Below are positions 1-12,235 of a stretch of 64,000 bases of DNA, piece after piece. Positions within the stretch are counted from its first letter, which is position 1, and each line of letters opens with the position of its first letter. The translations under genes and the position numbers were made by a program. Location of the stretch: NCBI RefSeq assembly GCF_056746865.1, contig NZ_CM163382.1, one strand, 5' to 3'. The notes under the pieces were generated by a model that saw only the letters and a program-made list of their open reading frames with translations, was not told the DNA's origin and searched no databases.

Positions 1-732
1 CTGCACTTTGCCGCTGAACGATCGCGTCCGGCGGTGGAGCTGCTTGCCAGAGTGCCGCTGGAGAATGTCGAATATGTTGCCGATCTTGGCTGTGGCCCAG
101 GTAACAGCACCGCCCTTCTACAACAACGTTGGCCTGCTGCCAGGATAACGGGCATCGACTCATCTCCGGCGATGGTTGCCGAAGCACGCAGTGCTTTGCC
201 GGACTGCCTGTTTGTGGAAGCAGATATCCGCAACTGGCAACCGGAACAGGCACTCGATCTGATTTTTGCTAATGCCTCACTGCAATGGCTGCCCGACCAC
301 TACGAATTGTTTCCTCATTTGGTTTCGTTACTCAGTCCGCTGGGCGTGCTGGCAGTACAGATGCCAGATAACTGGCTGGAGCCGACCCATGTGCTCATGC
401 GCGAAGTTGCCTGGGAACAAAACTACCCGGATCGCGGGCGTGAGCCGCTGGCTGGCGTTCATGCTTACTACGATATTCTGAGTGAAGCCGGATGTGAGGT
501 CGATATCTGGCGAACCACTTACTATCACCAGATGCCGTCGCACCAGGCGATTATCAATTGGGTGACCGCCACTGGATTACGTCCGTGGTTACAGGATCTG
601 ACCGAGAGCGAACAGCAGCATTTTCTTACGCGCTACCATCAGATGCTGGAAGAGCAATATCCCCTCCAGGAGAACGGACAGATATTGCTGGCATTTCCGC
701 GTCTGTTTATTGTTGCCCGCCGTACGGAGTAA
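1..732 (+). CDS. tam: trans-aconitate 2-methyltransferase, 5' end truncated by the window edge
   Basis: Reading frame is open from base 1 ([20 protein letters not shown]...) to the stop at 732; SAM-binding motif [12 protein letters not shown] is present; synteny with yneE and uxaB. Confidence 0.9.
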   Translation: MHFAAERSRPAVELLARVPLENVEYVADLGCGPGNSTALLQQRWPAARITGIDSSPAMVAEARSALPDCLFVEADIRNWQPEQALDLIFANASLQWLPDHYELFPHLVSLLSPLGVLAVQMPDNWLEPTHVLMREVAWEQNYPDRGREPLAGVHAYYDILSEAGCEVDIWRTTYYHQMPSHQAIINWVTATGLRPWLQDLTESEQQHFLTRYHQMLEEQYPLQENGQILLAFPRLFIVARRTE

Positions 733-735
733 TTA

Positions 736-1650
736 TCACGTCAGCTGGTAATGGCGATCGGGAAGAATTTTCGCTGGAATTTCTGTTTCATCGTTCATCT
801 GTAACAGGTCAATTTCAATAGCGTTGCAGATGGCATCCAGCGGTAAATCATTGTTTTCAGTACCGAAGGGATCTTCCAGTTCTTCCGCCAGACAATCCAG
901 CGAAATAAAAGTGTAGGAAATCAGCACAGAGATAAAAGGCGTCATGTAATGCAGATCCACGACCAGCGCGAACGGCAGCATGATACAAAACAGATAAACG
1001 GTACGATGCAAAATCAGGGTGTAGGCAAAGGGAATTGGCGTATAGGCAATGCGCTCGCAGCCTGCCAGAACCGCTGAAATATCATTAAGCCGATCGTTGA
1101 GGCTAATAAACAGGATATCTGAAAGCTGTCCATTGCGGCGCTGAACCGCCAACCACTCCCCCATTATTAACAAGATACGGTTAGCTGGAGAGTTCGAAGC
1201 CAGTACACGCTGAAGATCTTCCGTCTTGAGATATTGAGCCAGCACTTCCGCCTGTGGTTGTTTGCGTAATGTCATGCGTAAACAGTGAGCGAAGGCGATT
1301 TGCAGCCGGGCAAATTCCCTTACACTTGCCGAATCTGGCAATGTCGTTTTTACCTCCCGCAGTAACGACCGTGAGGCAATCATCAACTGCCCCCAAAGTT
1401 TTCGCGCTTCAACGTAACGGGCGTACCCGGCATTATTACGAAAACCAAGAAAAATGGCGATGGCGACACCGAGAATGCTGAACGGTGCGAGGGTGAATTT
1501 GATGCCCAGATGCGTGTACCAAGGCAGCATGAAAATAACAGCGATAGAAAAGAGAAAATTGAGTAGTAAGCGCGAGGATATCTTGGATAATACTGAGCCA
1601 TGCCAGACAAAAATACGGCGCAGCCAGTGTTGTTGTGGACGAACTATCAT
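736..1650 (-). CDS. yneE: bestrophin-family membrane protein
   Basis: ORF 736..1701; start trimmed to the ATG at 1650 (MIVRPQQHW...), giving 304 aa; hydrophobic segments; synteny. Confidence 0.85.
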   Translation of the reverse strand: MIVRPQQHWLRRIFVWHGSVLSKISSRLLLNFLFSIAVIFMLPWYTHLGIKFTLAPFSILGVAIAIFLGFRNNAGYARYVEARKLWGQLMIASRSLLREVKTTLPDSASVREFARLQIAFAHCLRMTLRKQPQAEVLAQYLKTEDLQRVLASNSPANRILLIMGEWLAVQRRNGQLSDILFISLNDRLNDISAVLAGCERIAYTPIPFAYTLILHRTVYLFCIMLPFALVVDLHYMTPFISVLISYTFISLDCLAEELEDPFGTENNDLPLDAICNAIEIDLLQMNDETEIPAKILPDRHYQLT

Positions 1651-1819
1651 GGTTATCTTCAGGCGTGGAAAAGTCGCCCTATTAAACGTGATTACGATCA
1701 CATTCTCAAGACGCTACGTACAAATTACCTACAAGCTTACAACATTTACAGGTGTGGCATATGGCACCCGTTAATGATAAAGGCACATAGGATGTTGTAA
1801 CTAATATAGTGAAATAAGA

Positions 1820-1846
1820 AACCCGGTCGAAACCGGGTTCAGAGTA
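1820..1846 (-). terminator. putative intrinsic terminator downstream of uxaB
   Basis: Minus-strand hairpin CCCGG(n)CCGGG followed by a T-rich tract, immediately 3' of the uxaB stop. Confidence 0.5.
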
Positions 1847-3298
1847 TTAGCACAACGGACGTACAGCTTCGCGCATTCCTTTTTCGAGAATCACATCCAG
1901 GTCATTAGCCACCTGCTCGACCAGACCAGGCACTTGCGTCAGGTCCTGCTCCCAGTGGTCTTTTTCTGCCAAAACAATCGCTACCAGTTCCTGGGTACCG
2001 ATAACACGGTCACGATGCTGACTCCAGAGTTGCTGATAACGTTCCAGCCAGTGTGCATCGTCCTGTACCGGATATGTTTCTCCGTTACGCTCACCACGAT
2101 AGAACGCAATCAATGCCGCTAATGCGAAAGTAAGGCGCGCCGGAAGTGTGCCGTTTGCCTTCTGCCCTGCCAGCAGCTGCGGCAGGATGCGGGTGCGGAA
2201 CTTGGTCATACCGTTGAGCGCGATAGACAGCAGCTGATGCTTAATGTACGGGTTACGGAAACGCCCGGTGACTGCACTGGCGAAAGATTCCAGTTCATCA
2301 CGAGGCAAATCCAGTACCGGAATAATTTCTTCGTAGATGGCTTTTTCAACGAATGCGCAAATTTCAGCATCGTTCATCGCTTCACCTACGGTATCCAGCC
2401 CTGCCTGGAACGCCACCGGCACCAGCGCGGTGTGCGCACCGTTGAGGATTGCCACTTTGCGTTCTTTATACGGTTTAATATCGTCAACAATCAGCACGTT
2501 GAGCGGATATTTGTCCAGGCGCAGCTCAGTCGCTAAGGATTTCGGCCCCTGAATCACAAACAGGTAAAAGTGTTCAGCGGTGTCGAGGAAACCATCGTGA
2601 TAACCCAGTTCTTCTTCCAGTTTAGCCACTTCATCGCGCGGATAACCGGTAACGATACGGTCCACCAGCGTAGAACAGAAGCTGTTAGCCTGATCCAGCC
2701 ATTGAATAAATGCTTCTGGCAGTGCCCACTCTTGCGCATAGCGCAGCACCAGTTCACGCAACGCGTCGCCATTGTAGTCAATCAACTCACACGGAATGAT
2801 GATCCAACCTTTATCCAGCGCACCGTTGAAATGGCTAAAGCGTTCGAACAGCAGACGGGTCAGTTTTGCCGGATAGCTTACCGCTGGTGCGTCATCGAAT
2901 TTATCGCCCGCATGGTAGCTGATCCCCGCTTCGGTGGTGTTAGAGAAAACAAAGCGCATTTCCGGGTTGTGCGCCAGTTTCAGGAATTCATCGTATTCAC
3001 TGTAGACGCTGATTTCACGATTAACCGAGCGAATCAGACGCGCGTCGCTGACCGCTTCCCCCTTCTCATTCAGGCCACGGATAATGGTGGTGTACAGACC
3101 ATCCTGCGTGCTCAGTGACGGCGGGAATGAAGTTTCAATCGGACGAACAACGACCACGCCAGAATTCAGATCGGTGTGCTCATTCAGGAGATCGATTTGC
3201 CAGTCAACAAAGGCGCGCAGGAAGTTACCTTCACCAAACTGAATGATACGTTCTGGATACTGTGCACCGGGAAAATCGCGACGATTTAGTGTTTTCAC
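1847..3298 (-). CDS. uxaB: altronate oxidoreductase (tagaturonate reductase)
   Basis: 483-aa ORF recognised as UxaB (mannitol dehydrogenase family); synteny. Confidence 0.93.
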   Translation of the reverse strand: MKTLNRRDFPGAQYPERIIQFGEGNFLRAFVDWQIDLLNEHTDLNSGVVVVRPIETSFPPSLSTQDGLYTTIIRGLNEKGEAVSDARLIRSVNREISVYSEYDEFLKLAHNPEMRFVFSNTTEAGISYHAGDKFDDAPAVSYPAKLTRLLFERFSHFNGALDKGWIIIPCELIDYNGDALRELVLRYAQEWALPEAFIQWLDQANSFCSTLVDRIVTGYPRDEVAKLEEELGYHDGFLDTAEHFYLFVIQGPKSLATELRLDKYPLNVLIVDDIKPYKERKVAILNGAHTALVPVAFQAGLDTVGEAMNDAEICAFVEKAIYEEIIPVLDLPRDELESFASAVTGRFRNPYIKHQLLSIALNGMTKFRTRILPQLLAGQKANGTLPARLTFALAALIAFYRGERNGETYPVQDDAHWLERYQQLWSQHRDRVIGTQELVAIVLAEKDHWEQDLTQVPGLVEQVANDLDVILEKGMREAVRPLC

Positions 3299-3524
3299 AA
3301 TGGGTTCCCTTCTGATTAGTCATACAACCTGTTTGAATTGGTACGACAGGTTAGCAAACTTTAATACGCCGAACCCCTGTTTTGATCAACTCCTGATGAT
3401 TAATGAGCAGTTTTATGAGAAAAGTGTGGCGCGGATCATGGTTTAATCGAGGAAATACGCCTTTTCCTGGATCATAAAGTGGTAGAACACATTGCATTCA
3501 AATCGCGCGGAATGAATAAAGATG

Positions 3525-4943
3525 TCAGACAACTTCCTCACCGTAACGCATAGTGCTGGTACGGTTGCGCCCATCTTTCTTCGAGCGATACAGACACGTA
3601 TCGGCTTCGACCATCAATTTATTAAAATCATCGGTCAGCGTTCGGTACGATGCGCGACCACTACCGACGCCAATACTTACCGTGAGATAAAGCGTTTTTT
3701 GTTGCCAGGTGAACGGTTGCAGTTCAACGCCTTTACGGATTTTTTCCGCCATTAGCAGACCATCGACAGGATTCACCGACGGCACTGCAACAGCAAATTC
3801 TTCGCCGCCCATGCGCGCCACCAGCCCCTTATCACCGACAATCTTCTGAATATGCCGGGCAAACACGCTTAACACTTTATCGCCACATTCATGTCCATAG
3901 TTATCGTTAATGCTTTTGAAATAGTCAATATCAAGCAGCATGACCGTCAGATGTTGTGTCTGTTTCAGCGATGGACTTTTCAGCGCCTCATAAAGACCGG
4001 ACCGTGAGTAAACCTGAGTCAGAAAATCAAAGTCGGCTCGCAGCGCAACTTGCTTCATTAGCGAATTGATCGCTGCCACGCTAAAAGAAACCATAATTGG
4101 GCATATCGCCATCGTAGCAATACCGAGACGTGCGGAGAACATTTGCGGAATGGAGAACGGCGAACCGACCGAGATATCAATCACCGAATTTGCCACCAGT
4201 ACGATTTCCACCGCACCGGTGACAAAGGTCAACAGACATGTTACCTGCGGCGTATAGCGCACGGCACACCAGATTAATGCAGGCAGCGGGAACGCCAGAC
4301 TCCCCGCTCCGCCAATGACTACCGAGGCAATAACCGACACAATAAGCGCGATAGCGGGCATCATCTGTTCTGCTTTAAAGCGCGGCAGCACTCCCGGAAT
4401 AGCCAACGTCAGCATACAAGGCACGATCAACACGCCCGTTGAGAATTGCTCACTGAACCAGTCCGCAAGCAAAGGCCAGAAATCCAGACTATCAATACTG
4501 ACCGAACCAATCGCCCCGACAATAGCGCATAATAATGCGGCAATCAGACAGTAATTAAATAGCCGTAAGGCACTTACTGGCTCATACTTATTTTTCCCCA
4601 GACGCTTATCCCGCGCGACCAGAAAGGCGACGGTAACAATAAACATCATATTGGAGAAATTGATAGCCAGTGAAACCAGCCCCCATTCGGTGGTTATGGC
4701 ATCATAAACCAGCATCGCCACATAACTGATCGCATAGTAATGCAGTCGATTAAGCCAGACATAGCGGGCAAACACCCCCGCCATTACGCCATTCAGCGGC
4801 CAGAAAAGAGAAAGTTCGTGAACCAACCGTAACTCTGCACCAATAAAATAGAACAGCGTGGTTAGCGCAAAAATAGCGATGCTATTACGTAGCAGATGAC
4901 CTTCCTGGAACAAACGGAAAGTTGAAATGGGCTGTACATGCAT
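3525..4943 (-). CDS. dgcF: membrane-anchored diguanylate cyclase
   Basis: 472-aa ORF with N-terminal hydrophobic segments and a C-terminal GGDEF domain (motif RMGGEEFAV); corresponds to yneF. Confidence 0.88.
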   Translation of the reverse strand: MHVQPISTFRLFQEGHLLRNSIAIFALTTLFYFIGAELRLVHELSLFWPLNGVMAGVFARYVWLNRLHYYAISYVAMLVYDAITTEWGLVSLAINFSNMMFIVTVAFLVARDKRLGKNKYEPVSALRLFNYCLIAALLCAIVGAIGSVSIDSLDFWPLLADWFSEQFSTGVLIVPCMLTLAIPGVLPRFKAEQMMPAIALIVSVIASVVIGGAGSLAFPLPALIWCAVRYTPQVTCLLTFVTGAVEIVLVANSVIDISVGSPFSIPQMFSARLGIATMAICPIMVSFSVAAINSLMKQVALRADFDFLTQVYSRSGLYEALKSPSLKQTQHLTVMLLDIDYFKSINDNYGHECGDKVLSVFARHIQKIVGDKGLVARMGGEEFAVAVPSVNPVDGLLMAEKIRKGVELQPFTWQQKTLYLTVSIGVGSGRASYRTLTDDFNKLMVEADTCLYRSKKDGRNRTSTMRYGEEVV

Positions 4944-5081
4944 TAATTATCTGTCCATACAATTGCGGGTGGCAATTATCTCAACGTAATAAGTAAATTC
5001 TTATAAAGGATAGCATGTTCGCTGACAGCGGCGGCAAATAAAGATATCCTGGGAATGCTATTTTATCGTTTTCCGCAATTA

Positions 5082-5441
5082 TCATGGCTGATTCATCTGT
5101 ATAACCAACCAGTGATAGATTACCGCCACGATATAACGTTGTTGTTCCTCGCTTAACGAAACACCCTGCGGAATGTTATGCCACTTAGCCAGACAACCGC
5201 GACAACAGGTTGCAGTGGCGTGCTGAGCGATAAACACCGGATGCCCGCGCATGGGGGTTTGCTTACCGTCGTTAGCCGGTAATGCCGGAGCAAGACGTTT
5301 AGCGACAAAATCCGCCGCATGTTGTTCGATGACTGGCGCGCCTTTCTCCAGACAATACTGACGCTCTTTCACCCCCAAACGAAAGCGAGAGCGAAATTTT
5401 GAACGGAATAAACGCGCGAAGAGTGGATCGAGAGACTGCAT
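5082..5441 (-). CDS. yneG: DUF4186-family protein YneG
   Basis: 119-aa ORF; its start codon overlaps the glsB stop by 1 nt (ATGA), suggesting translational coupling. Confidence 0.85.
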   Translation of the reverse strand: MQSLDPLFARLFRSKFRSRFRLGVKERQYCLEKGAPVIEQHAADFVAKRLAPALPANDGKQTPMRGHPVFIAQHATATCCRGCLAKWHNIPQGVSLSEEQQRYIVAVIYHWLVIQMNQP

Positions 5442-6367
5442 TAATAAACCGAACGCCCTAACTGTTTCGTCAATTGTTCAAGGACGGCGATACCCGCGAG
5501 CGAGTTACCTGCATCATCCAGTTCCGGACTCCAGACTGCGATGGCCATTTCATGCGGAACAATCGCCACAATACCGCCACCAACGCCAGATTTCGCCGGT
5601 AGTCCCACCCGCCAGGCAAACTCCCCCGCGTTCTGGTACATACCACTGGTCGCCATCAGCGCATTAATTTGCCGCGCCTGCATTGGCGTCACCACAGGTT
5701 CATCAATATGAATAGCTTTCCCCTGATTAGCCAGAAAGACAAACGTCCGGGCCAGCTCTACACAGCTCATTTTCAGAGCGCAGTAATGAAAGTAGTTTTG
5801 CAGAACGGTTGTCACGTCATGATGGAAATTGCCAAACGACTTCATCAGCCAGGCGATAGCCGCATTTCGCGCGGAGTGTTCAAATTCGGAACGCGCTACC
5901 ACCGTATCGTAGGAAATATCAGACACACCGCTTAAGCCGCGCACGACTTCCAGCATACGTTGCCGAGGAGCGCTTAATCGCCCTTGCAACATATCGCAGA
6001 CCACCAGCGCACCGGCATTAATAAACGGATTACGCGGAATACCCTGCTCCATTTCCAGTTGCACTAAAGAATTGAACGGTGATCCAGACGGATCTTTGCC
6101 GACGCGTTGCCAGATTTCCTCTTCGGAGTAATGACGCATGGCGACAACGAGACTCAGCACTTTGGAAATAGACTGAATGGAAAAACGTTCTTGTGCGTCT
6201 CCGGCCTGAAAAAGCTGTCCGTCAACGGTACAGATAGCAATGCCCAATCGGGAACCGTCTACTGTAGCCAGCGCCGGAATATAATTCGCGACTTTACCCT
6301 GACCAATGAGCGGCCGTACTTGCCGCAAGATGTTTTCTAAAATTGCATTATCCATGGCGACTGCCAC
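5441..6367 (-). CDS. glsB: glutaminase 2
   Basis: 308-aa ORF with the serine-dependent glutaminase S-x-x-K motif (SISKV); synteny. Confidence 0.92.
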   Translation of the reverse strand: MAVAMDNAILENILRQVRPLIGQGKVANYIPALATVDGSRLGIAICTVDGQLFQAGDAQERFSIQSISKVLSLVVAMRHYSEEEIWQRVGKDPSGSPFNSLVQLEMEQGIPRNPFINAGALVVCDMLQGRLSAPRQRMLEVVRGLSGVSDISYDTVVARSEFEHSARNAAIAWLMKSFGNFHHDVTTVLQNYFHYCALKMSCVELARTFVFLANQGKAIHIDEPVVTPMQARQINALMATSGMYQNAGEFAWRVGLPAKSGVGGGIVAIVPHEMAIAVWSPELDDAGNSLAGIAVLEQLTKQLGRSVY

Positions 6368-6430
6368 TTTCTACTCCTGGACCGCAGGTCTGAAAAGACC
6401 TGCGAGTATATCAGAGCTGAATATGTAGCG

Positions 6431-7819
6431 TCAGATCCGGTCTTTCCACACCGTCTGGATATTACAGAATTCGTGTAAGCCGAAATGGGAAAGCTCACGA
6501 CCAAAGCCACTCTTTTTCACGCCACCAAAGGCCACTCGCGCGTCGCTGGCACAATAACCATTGATAAACACCCCACCGCATTCCAGACGTGCCGCCATCT
6601 GTCTGGCCCGGGTTTCGTCGGTGGTGAAAATGGTCGCTGAAAGGCCGAACTCGCTATTATTAGCCAGTTCCAGTGCATGTTCTGCATCTTTCGCAATGGT
6701 GATTGCCGCAACGGGGCCAAACATTTCTTCCCGAAACGCGGTCATTTCTGGGGTAACATTCGCCAGAACCGTTGGCGGATAGTAGTTACCTGCCCCAGCC
6801 ATCTTTTCCCCGCCCAGTAACAAACGCGCACCCTGCGCCAGGGTTTTCTCCACCTGATGATGCAGCTCATCACGTAAATCAAAACGAGCCATTGGTCCGA
6901 GAGTGTTCTCTTCGTCACGTGGATCGCCCATTTTCAAGGCTGCCGCAGCTGCCACAAAACGTTCGGTAAATGCCGAAGCAATTCCCTCTTCGATGATAAA
7001 GCGTTTTGCCGCTGCACAAACCTGTCCGGTATTCTGATAACGTCCGGCTACCGCCGCTTTAACCGCCAGTTCCAGATCGGCATCGTTAAGCACAATAAAT
7101 GGATCCGAACCGCCCAGTTCCAGTACGCATTTTTTCAGTGCCGCTCCAGCCTGTGCGCCAATAGCCGCTCCCGCACGAACACTTCCGGTCACCGTGACAG
7201 CAGCAATGCGCGAGTCTTTAATCATCTGACTGACGCCGTCGTTGTCGGCATTCAGCCAGCCATATACGCCTTGTGGGATACCCGCATCTTTAAACACCTG
7301 GGCAATGAGCTGTGCACAGCCCATCACATTCGGCGCATGTTTAAGTAAGTAGCCGTTACCTGCAAGAATGATGGGAACCGCGCCACGCATCACCTGCCAT
7401 AATGGAAAATTCCACGGCATAATCGCCAGAATTGTCCCCAACGGTCGATACTCAATAACTGCCTGCTGATTTTCCACCAGCGTAGGTTCCGCCTTCAGCA
7501 TTGCCGGACCATGTTCTGCATACCAGTCACACAAATTCGCCGATTTCGCCACTTCAGCACGCGCCTGGTTGATCGGTTTGCCCATTTCACGGGTGATCAT
7601 TTGCGCCATTTCTTCGCTACGGGCGCGCAGAGCCTTACCGATATCACGCAGTTTTTCAGCACGATAATCTATATTTGTCTCGCGCCAGTCGCGAAAGCCT
7701 GCTGCCGCCAGCTGAAGTGCGTTTTCGATATCATCAGCGCCAGCCCACGGCAGCACAGAAAGTTGTTCACCGGTGGCAGGATTTATCGAAATTGCATGAG
7801 TTGCCGGAGTAATGGTCAT
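6431..7819 (-). CDS. sad: NAD+-dependent succinate-semialdehyde dehydrogenase
   Basis: 462-aa ORF with aldehyde dehydrogenase signatures (LELGGSDP and catalytic Cys in GQVCAAAKR). Confidence 0.92.
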   Translation of the reverse strand: MTITPATHAISINPATGEQLSVLPWAGADDIENALQLAAAGFRDWRETNIDYRAEKLRDIGKALRARSEEMAQMITREMGKPINQARAEVAKSANLCDWYAEHGPAMLKAEPTLVENQQAVIEYRPLGTILAIMPWNFPLWQVMRGAVPIILAGNGYLLKHAPNVMGCAQLIAQVFKDAGIPQGVYGWLNADNDGVSQMIKDSRIAAVTVTGSVRAGAAIGAQAGAALKKCVLELGGSDPFIVLNDADLELAVKAAVAGRYQNTGQVCAAAKRFIIEEGIASAFTERFVAAAAALKMGDPRDEENTLGPMARFDLRDELHHQVEKTLAQGARLLLGGEKMAGAGNYYPPTVLANVTPEMTAFREEMFGPVAAITIAKDAEHALELANNSEFGLSATIFTTDETRARQMAARLECGGVFINGYCASDARVAFGGVKKSGFGRELSHFGLHEFCNIQTVWKDRI

Positions 7820-7919
7820 CGGGGTATCTCCTTTATGAGTTATGGTAAAAAGATACGCAGATTTACTCTTGCTTGAAAATGAATAATATTAAGCCACTTA
7901 TTCATGAATCGAGAATATT

Positions 7920-8795
7920 ATGGATCTGACCCAACTGGAGATGTTCAACGCGGTTGCCGAAGCTGGCAGCATTACCCAGGCTGCAGCAAAAGTGCATCGC
8001 GTGCCGTCGAATCTCACTACCCGTCTACGCCAGCTGGAAACAGAACTGGGGGTTGATCTGTTTATTCGCGAGAATCAGCGTTTACGTCTCTCGCCTGCCG
8101 GGCATAACTTTTTACGCTATAGCCAACAAATTCTCGCGTTAGTGGATGAAGCGCGGAGCGTTGTCGCTGGCGATGAGCCGCAAGGTTTATTTTCTCTTGG
8201 TTCGCTGGAAAGCACCGCAGCGGTGCGCATTCCGGCCACGCTGGCGCAATTTAACCGTCGTTATCCCAAAATTCAGTTTTCACTTTCCACCGGCCCTTCC
8301 GGCACTATGCTGGAAGGTGTGCTGGAGGGAAAACTGAATGCAGCGTTTATTGATGGGCCCATTAACCATACTGCCATTGACGGGATACCGGTGTACCGCG
8401 AGGAGCTGATGATCGTCACGCCACAAGGACATGCGCCAGTAACCCGCGCCAGTCAGGTTAATGGCAGTAACATTTATGCCTTCCGCGCCAATTGTTCGTA
8501 TCGTCGCCACTTCGAGAGCTGGTTTCATGCTGACGGTGCCGCTCCGGGAACTATCCATGAGATGGAGTCTTATCACGGAATGTTGGCCTGTGTGGTCGCA
8601 GGAGCAGGTATTGCGCTTATTCCGCGCTCTATGCTGGAAAGTATGCCGGGGCATCACCAGGTTGAGGCGTGGCCGTTAGCTGAGCAATGGCGTTGGTTAA
8701 CAACCTGGCTGGTCTGGCGTCGCGGTGCGAAAACGCGTCCGCTTGAGGCATTTATTCAACTACTGGATGTGTCTGACTCGGCAAAACAGAGTTAG
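7920..8795 (+). CDS. yneJ: LysR-family transcriptional regulator
   Basis: N-terminal HTH ([23 protein letters not shown]); divergent from sad; the exact start may lie a few codons upstream. Confidence 0.85.
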   Translation: MDLTQLEMFNAVAEAGSITQAAAKVHRVPSNLTTRLRQLETELGVDLFIRENQRLRLSPAGHNFLRYSQQILALVDEARSVVAGDEPQGLFSLGSLESTAAVRIPATLAQFNRRYPKIQFSLSTGPSGTMLEGVLEGKLNAAFIDGPINHTAIDGIPVYREELMIVTPQGHAPVTRASQVNGSNIYAFRANCSYRRHFESWFHADGAAPGTIHEMESYHGMLACVVAGAGIALIPRSMLESMPGHHQVEAWPLAEQWRWLTTWLVWRRGAKTRPLEAFIQLLDVSDSAKQS

Positions 8796-8878
8796 CAATG
8801 AGCTATTTTTGATAGTTCTTGCGGCTAATATGCTCTATATAGTGATGTTCCGATGACTTATGACTATATGGGGCAAAT

Positions 8879-9994
8879 ATGGTTACGCCAGTAAGCATCA
8901 GCAATTACATATCTCTTCCTGATGATTTTCCCGTACGTAATATTGCACCACAGGTAAAAGAAGTTTTAAAGGATTTCATTGATGCACTCAGTACAATAAT
9001 ATGTGATGAAGAGTGGCGTACGTCTTTAAACATCAACTCAGCCACAAAAAAGATATTTAATAACCTTGACAACTTATCATATATTCAGAGGACTTCTTTT
9101 CGGGGTAACGACACGCTATACAATGAAAAGGTTCAGTTTAAACTCACTTATCCCGTCAAGAATGGAAGACACAAAGAAAATATTGAATTTCAGGTAGTAA
9201 TAAATTTAAGCCCTATTTATTTAGATAATTTCCGCCATGATGGGGAAATTAATATTTTTTGCGCTCCCAACCCAAAGCCTGTCACTATGGGGCGCGTATT
9301 TCAGACCGGCGTCGAGCGTGTACTCTTTCTGTTCCTGAATGACTTTATAGAACAATTTCCAATAATCAACCCTGGCGTTCCTATCAAAAGAGCGCATACG
9401 CCACATATTGAACCCCTGCATCCGGATCACCATACCGCTGCAGATTACTTACGCCAGTTTGATTTGCTTGTCCTGAATTTTATCTCTCGCGGTAATTTTG
9501 TCATACTCCCCCGATTATGGAATAACTCTGAGGTTCACAGATGGTTCGGGAATAAAGAACCTAACTTGCTCACCGCTATTCTCGACATAACGGACAGCGA
9601 ATTAAAAGAGGATTTATTGCAAAGTCTGATGGATTCACTAGGTTCTAACAAACATGTACTACCCGAAGTCTGCATCTGCTTTTTATCCCTTTTAGCAGAA
9701 CAAGATTTTCCACATTTTCAGGACTTGTTTTTATTTTTCGCCAATATGTTATTGCACTATCACCAATTTATGAATCCCAATGAAAGTGATTTGATTGACG
9801 TGTTGATGCCAGCATCATTAAGTGATGATAAAATTATCAAACATATGGCGCGCAAGACCCTCAAACTTTTTGTAAAAAATGAAACGCCGCCAAAAGTTAC
9901 TCATGAAGACCTGGTGAAAAACAGGCCTCGCTCCCCTGTCAGACCACCTATACCCGCAACCTCCAAAACGCCAGACCTCCCTGAACGTCATTAA
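8879..9994 (+). CDS. yneK: uncharacterised protein YneK
   Basis: 371-aa ORF; markedly AT-rich compared with neighbouring genes; no recognisable catalytic motif. Confidence 0.8.
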   Translation: MVTPVSISNYISLPDDFPVRNIAPQVKEVLKDFIDALSTIICDEEWRTSLNINSATKKIFNNLDNLSYIQRTSFRGNDTLYNEKVQFKLTYPVKNGRHKENIEFQVVINLSPIYLDNFRHDGEINIFCAPNPKPVTMGRVFQTGVERVLFLFLNDFIEQFPIINPGVPIKRAHTPHIEPLHPDHHTAADYLRQFDLLVLNFISRGNFVILPRLWNNSEVHRWFGNKEPNLLTAILDITDSELKEDLLQSLMDSLGSNKHVLPEVCICFLSLLAEQDFPHFQDLFLFFANMLLHYHQFMNPNESDLIDVLMPASLSDDKIIKHMARKTLKLFVKNETPPKVTHEDLVKNRPRSPVRPPIPATSKTPDLPERH

Positions 9995-10143
9995 ACCGTG
10001 ATGTGACCGACTCTCTGACGCGTGAACGAATCAGCGTCAGAGAAACGGAAAACGCGATCCAGATCACAAATGCATTGTATTCACATCATTAACCGTTTTA
10101 AGATCATTTCATCACTTTTTCGCAACTCACCCGATAATCTGTT

Positions 10144-11334
10144 ATGACAACAAACACTGTTTCCCGCAAAGTGGCGTGGCTACGGGTCGTTACGCTGGCA
10201 GTCGCCGCCTTCATCTTCAACACCACCGAATTTGTCCCAGTTGGCCTGCTCTCTGACATTGCGCAAAGTTTTCACATGCAAACCGCTCAGGTCGGCATTA
10301 TGTTGACCATTTACGCATGGGTAGTAGCGCTAATGTCATTGCCTTTTATGTTAATGACCAGCCAGGTTGAACGGCGCAAATTACTGATCTGCCTGTTTGT
10401 GGTGTTTATTGCCAGCCACGTACTGTCGTTTTTGTCGTGGAGCTTTACCGTTCTAGTGATCAGTCGCATTGGTGTGGCTTTTGCACATGCGATTTTCTGG
10501 TCGATTACGGCGTCTCTGGCGATCCGTATGGCTCCGGCCGGAAAGCGAGCGCAGGCATTGAGTTTAATTGCCACCGGTACAGCACTGGCAATGGTATTAG
10601 GTTTACCTCTCGGGCGCATTGTGGGGCAGTATTTTGGCTGGCGAATGACCTTCTTCGCGATTGGTATCGGGGCGTTTATTACCCTTTTGTGCCTGATTAA
10701 GTTACTTCCCTTACTGCCCAGTGAGCATTCCGGTTCGCTGAAAAGCCTACCGCTATTATTCCGCCGCCCGGCATTGATGAGCATTTATTTGTTAACTGTG
10801 GTGGTTGTCACCGCCCATTACACGGCATACAGCTATATCGAGCCTTTTGTGCAAAACATTGCGGGATTCAGCGCCAACTTTGCCACGGCATTACTGTTAT
10901 TACTCGGTGGTGCGGGCATTATTGGCAGCGTGATTTTCGGTAAACTGGGTAATCAGTATGCGTCTGCGTTGGTAAGTACGGCGATTGCGCTGTTGCTGGT
11001 GTGCCTGGCACTGCTGCTACCTGCGGCGAACAGTGAAATACACCTCGGGGTGCTGAGTATTTTCTGGGGGATAGCGATGATGATCATCGGGCTTGGTATG
11101 CAGGTTAAAGTGCTGGCGCTGGCACCAGATGCTACCGACGTCGCGATGGCGCTATTCTCTGGGATATTTAATATTGGAATCGGCGCGGGTGCGTTGGTAG
11201 GTAATCAGGTCAGTCTGCACTGGTCAATGTCGATGATTGGTTATGTGGGCGCGGTGCCTGCTTTTGCCGCGTTAATATGGTCAATCATCATTTTCCGCCG
11301 CTGGCCAGTGACACTCGAAGAACAGACGCAATAG
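10144..11334 (+). CDS. sotB: MFS sugar efflux transporter
   Basis: 396-aa ORF with about 12 predicted TM segments (ydeA); synteny next to marC. Confidence 0.9.
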   Translation: MTTNTVSRKVAWLRVVTLAVAAFIFNTTEFVPVGLLSDIAQSFHMQTAQVGIMLTIYAWVVALMSLPFMLMTSQVERRKLLICLFVVFIASHVLSFLSWSFTVLVISRIGVAFAHAIFWSITASLAIRMAPAGKRAQALSLIATGTALAMVLGLPLGRIVGQYFGWRMTFFAIGIGAFITLLCLIKLLPLLPSEHSGSLKSLPLLFRRPALMSIYLLTVVVVTAHYTAYSYIEPFVQNIAGFSANFATALLLLLGGAGIIGSVIFGKLGNQYASALVSTAIALLLVCLALLLPAANSEIHLGVLSIFWGIAMMIIGLGMQVKVLALAPDATDVAMALFSGIFNIGIGAGALVGNQVSLHWSMSMIGYVGAVPAFAALIWSIIIFRRWPVTLEEQTQ

Positions 11335-11337
11335 TTG

Positions 11338-11361
11338 AAAGGCCCATTCGGGCCTTTTTTA
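11338..11361 (+). terminator. intrinsic terminator after sotB
   Basis: AGGCCC-ATTC-GGGCCT hairpin followed by T6; overlaps the marC stop codon. Confidence 0.6.
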
Positions 11362-12024
11362 GTGGTACGTTTTAATGATTTCCAGGATGCCGTTAATAAT
11401 AAACTGCACCCCCATACATACCAGCAGGAATCCCATCAGACGAGAGATCGCTTCAATGCCCCCCTTACCCACCAGCCGCATAATTGCGCCAGAGCTGCGT
11501 AGACTTCCCCACAAAATAACCGCCACCAGGAAAAAGATCAGCGGCGGCGCAACCATCAGTACCCAATCAGCAAAGGTTGAACTCTGACGCACTGTGGACG
11601 CCGAGCTAATAATCATCGCTATGGTTCCCGGACCGGCGGTACTTGGCATTGCCAGTGGTACAAAAGCAATATTGGCGCTGGGTTCATCTTCCAGCTCTTC
11701 CGACTTGCTTTTCGCTTCCGGTGAATCAATTGCTTTCTGTTGCGGAAAGAGCATTCGAAAACCGATAAACGCGACGATTAAGCCGCCTGCAATTCGCAGA
11801 CCGGGAATCGAAATGCCAAATGTATCCATCACCAGTTGCCCGGCGTAATACGCCACCATCATGATGGCAAAGACGTACACCGAGGCCATCAACGACTGAC
11901 GATTACGTTCGGCACTGTTCATGTTGCCTGCCAGGCCAAGAAATAACGCGACAGTTGTTAATGGGTTAGCTAACGGTAGTAACACCACCAGCCCCAGGCC
12001 AATTGCTTTAAATAAATCTAACAT
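11359..12024 (-). CDS. marC: MarC-family inner membrane protein
   Basis: 221-aa hydrophobic ORF, divergent from marRAB. Confidence 0.92.
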   Translation of the reverse strand: MLDLFKAIGLGLVVLLPLANPLTTVALFLGLAGNMNSAERNRQSLMASVYVFAIMMVAYYAGQLVMDTFGISIPGLRIAGGLIVAFIGFRMLFPQQKAIDSPEAKSKSEELEDEPSANIAFVPLAMPSTAGPGTIAMIISSASTVRQSSTFADWVLMVAPPLIFFLVAVILWGSLRSSGAIMRLVGKGGIEAISRLMGFLLVCMGVQFIINGILEIIKTYH

Positions 12025-12136
12025 TGGTGGTTGTTATCCTGTGTATCTGGGTTATCAGCGAAAAGTATAAGGGGTAAACAACGATAAAGTGTCACTCTTT
12101 AGCTAGCCTTGCATCGCACTGACCAAAACTTGAACC

Positions 12137-12235
12137 GATTTAGCAAAACGTGGCATCGGTCAATTCATTCATTTGACTTATACTTGCCTGGGCAATATTA
12201 TCCCCTGCAACTAATTACTTGCCAGGGCAACTAAT
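12137..12235 (+). promoter_or_regulatory. marO: marRAB promoter-operator (marO): marbox, -35/-10 and two MarR palindromic sites
   Basis: Marbox-like GATTTAGCAAAACGTGGCATC (12137-12157); TTGACT (12173-12178) and TATTAT (12196-12201) with 17-bp spacing; palindromes TTGCCTGGGCAA (12184-12195, overlapping the -10) and TTGCCAGGGCAA (12219-12230, next to the marR GTG start). Confidence 0.8.

Noticed and set aside
2570-3118. 182-aa ORF antisense within uxaB
   Set aside because: It lies entirely inside a well-supported gene on the opposite strand, with no start context or motif. It is a typical spurious antisense ORF in GC-balanced coding DNA.
10311-10784. 157-aa ORF antisense within sotB (ydeA)
   Set aside because: Same reasoning: it is embedded in a recognised transporter gene and shows no independent signals.
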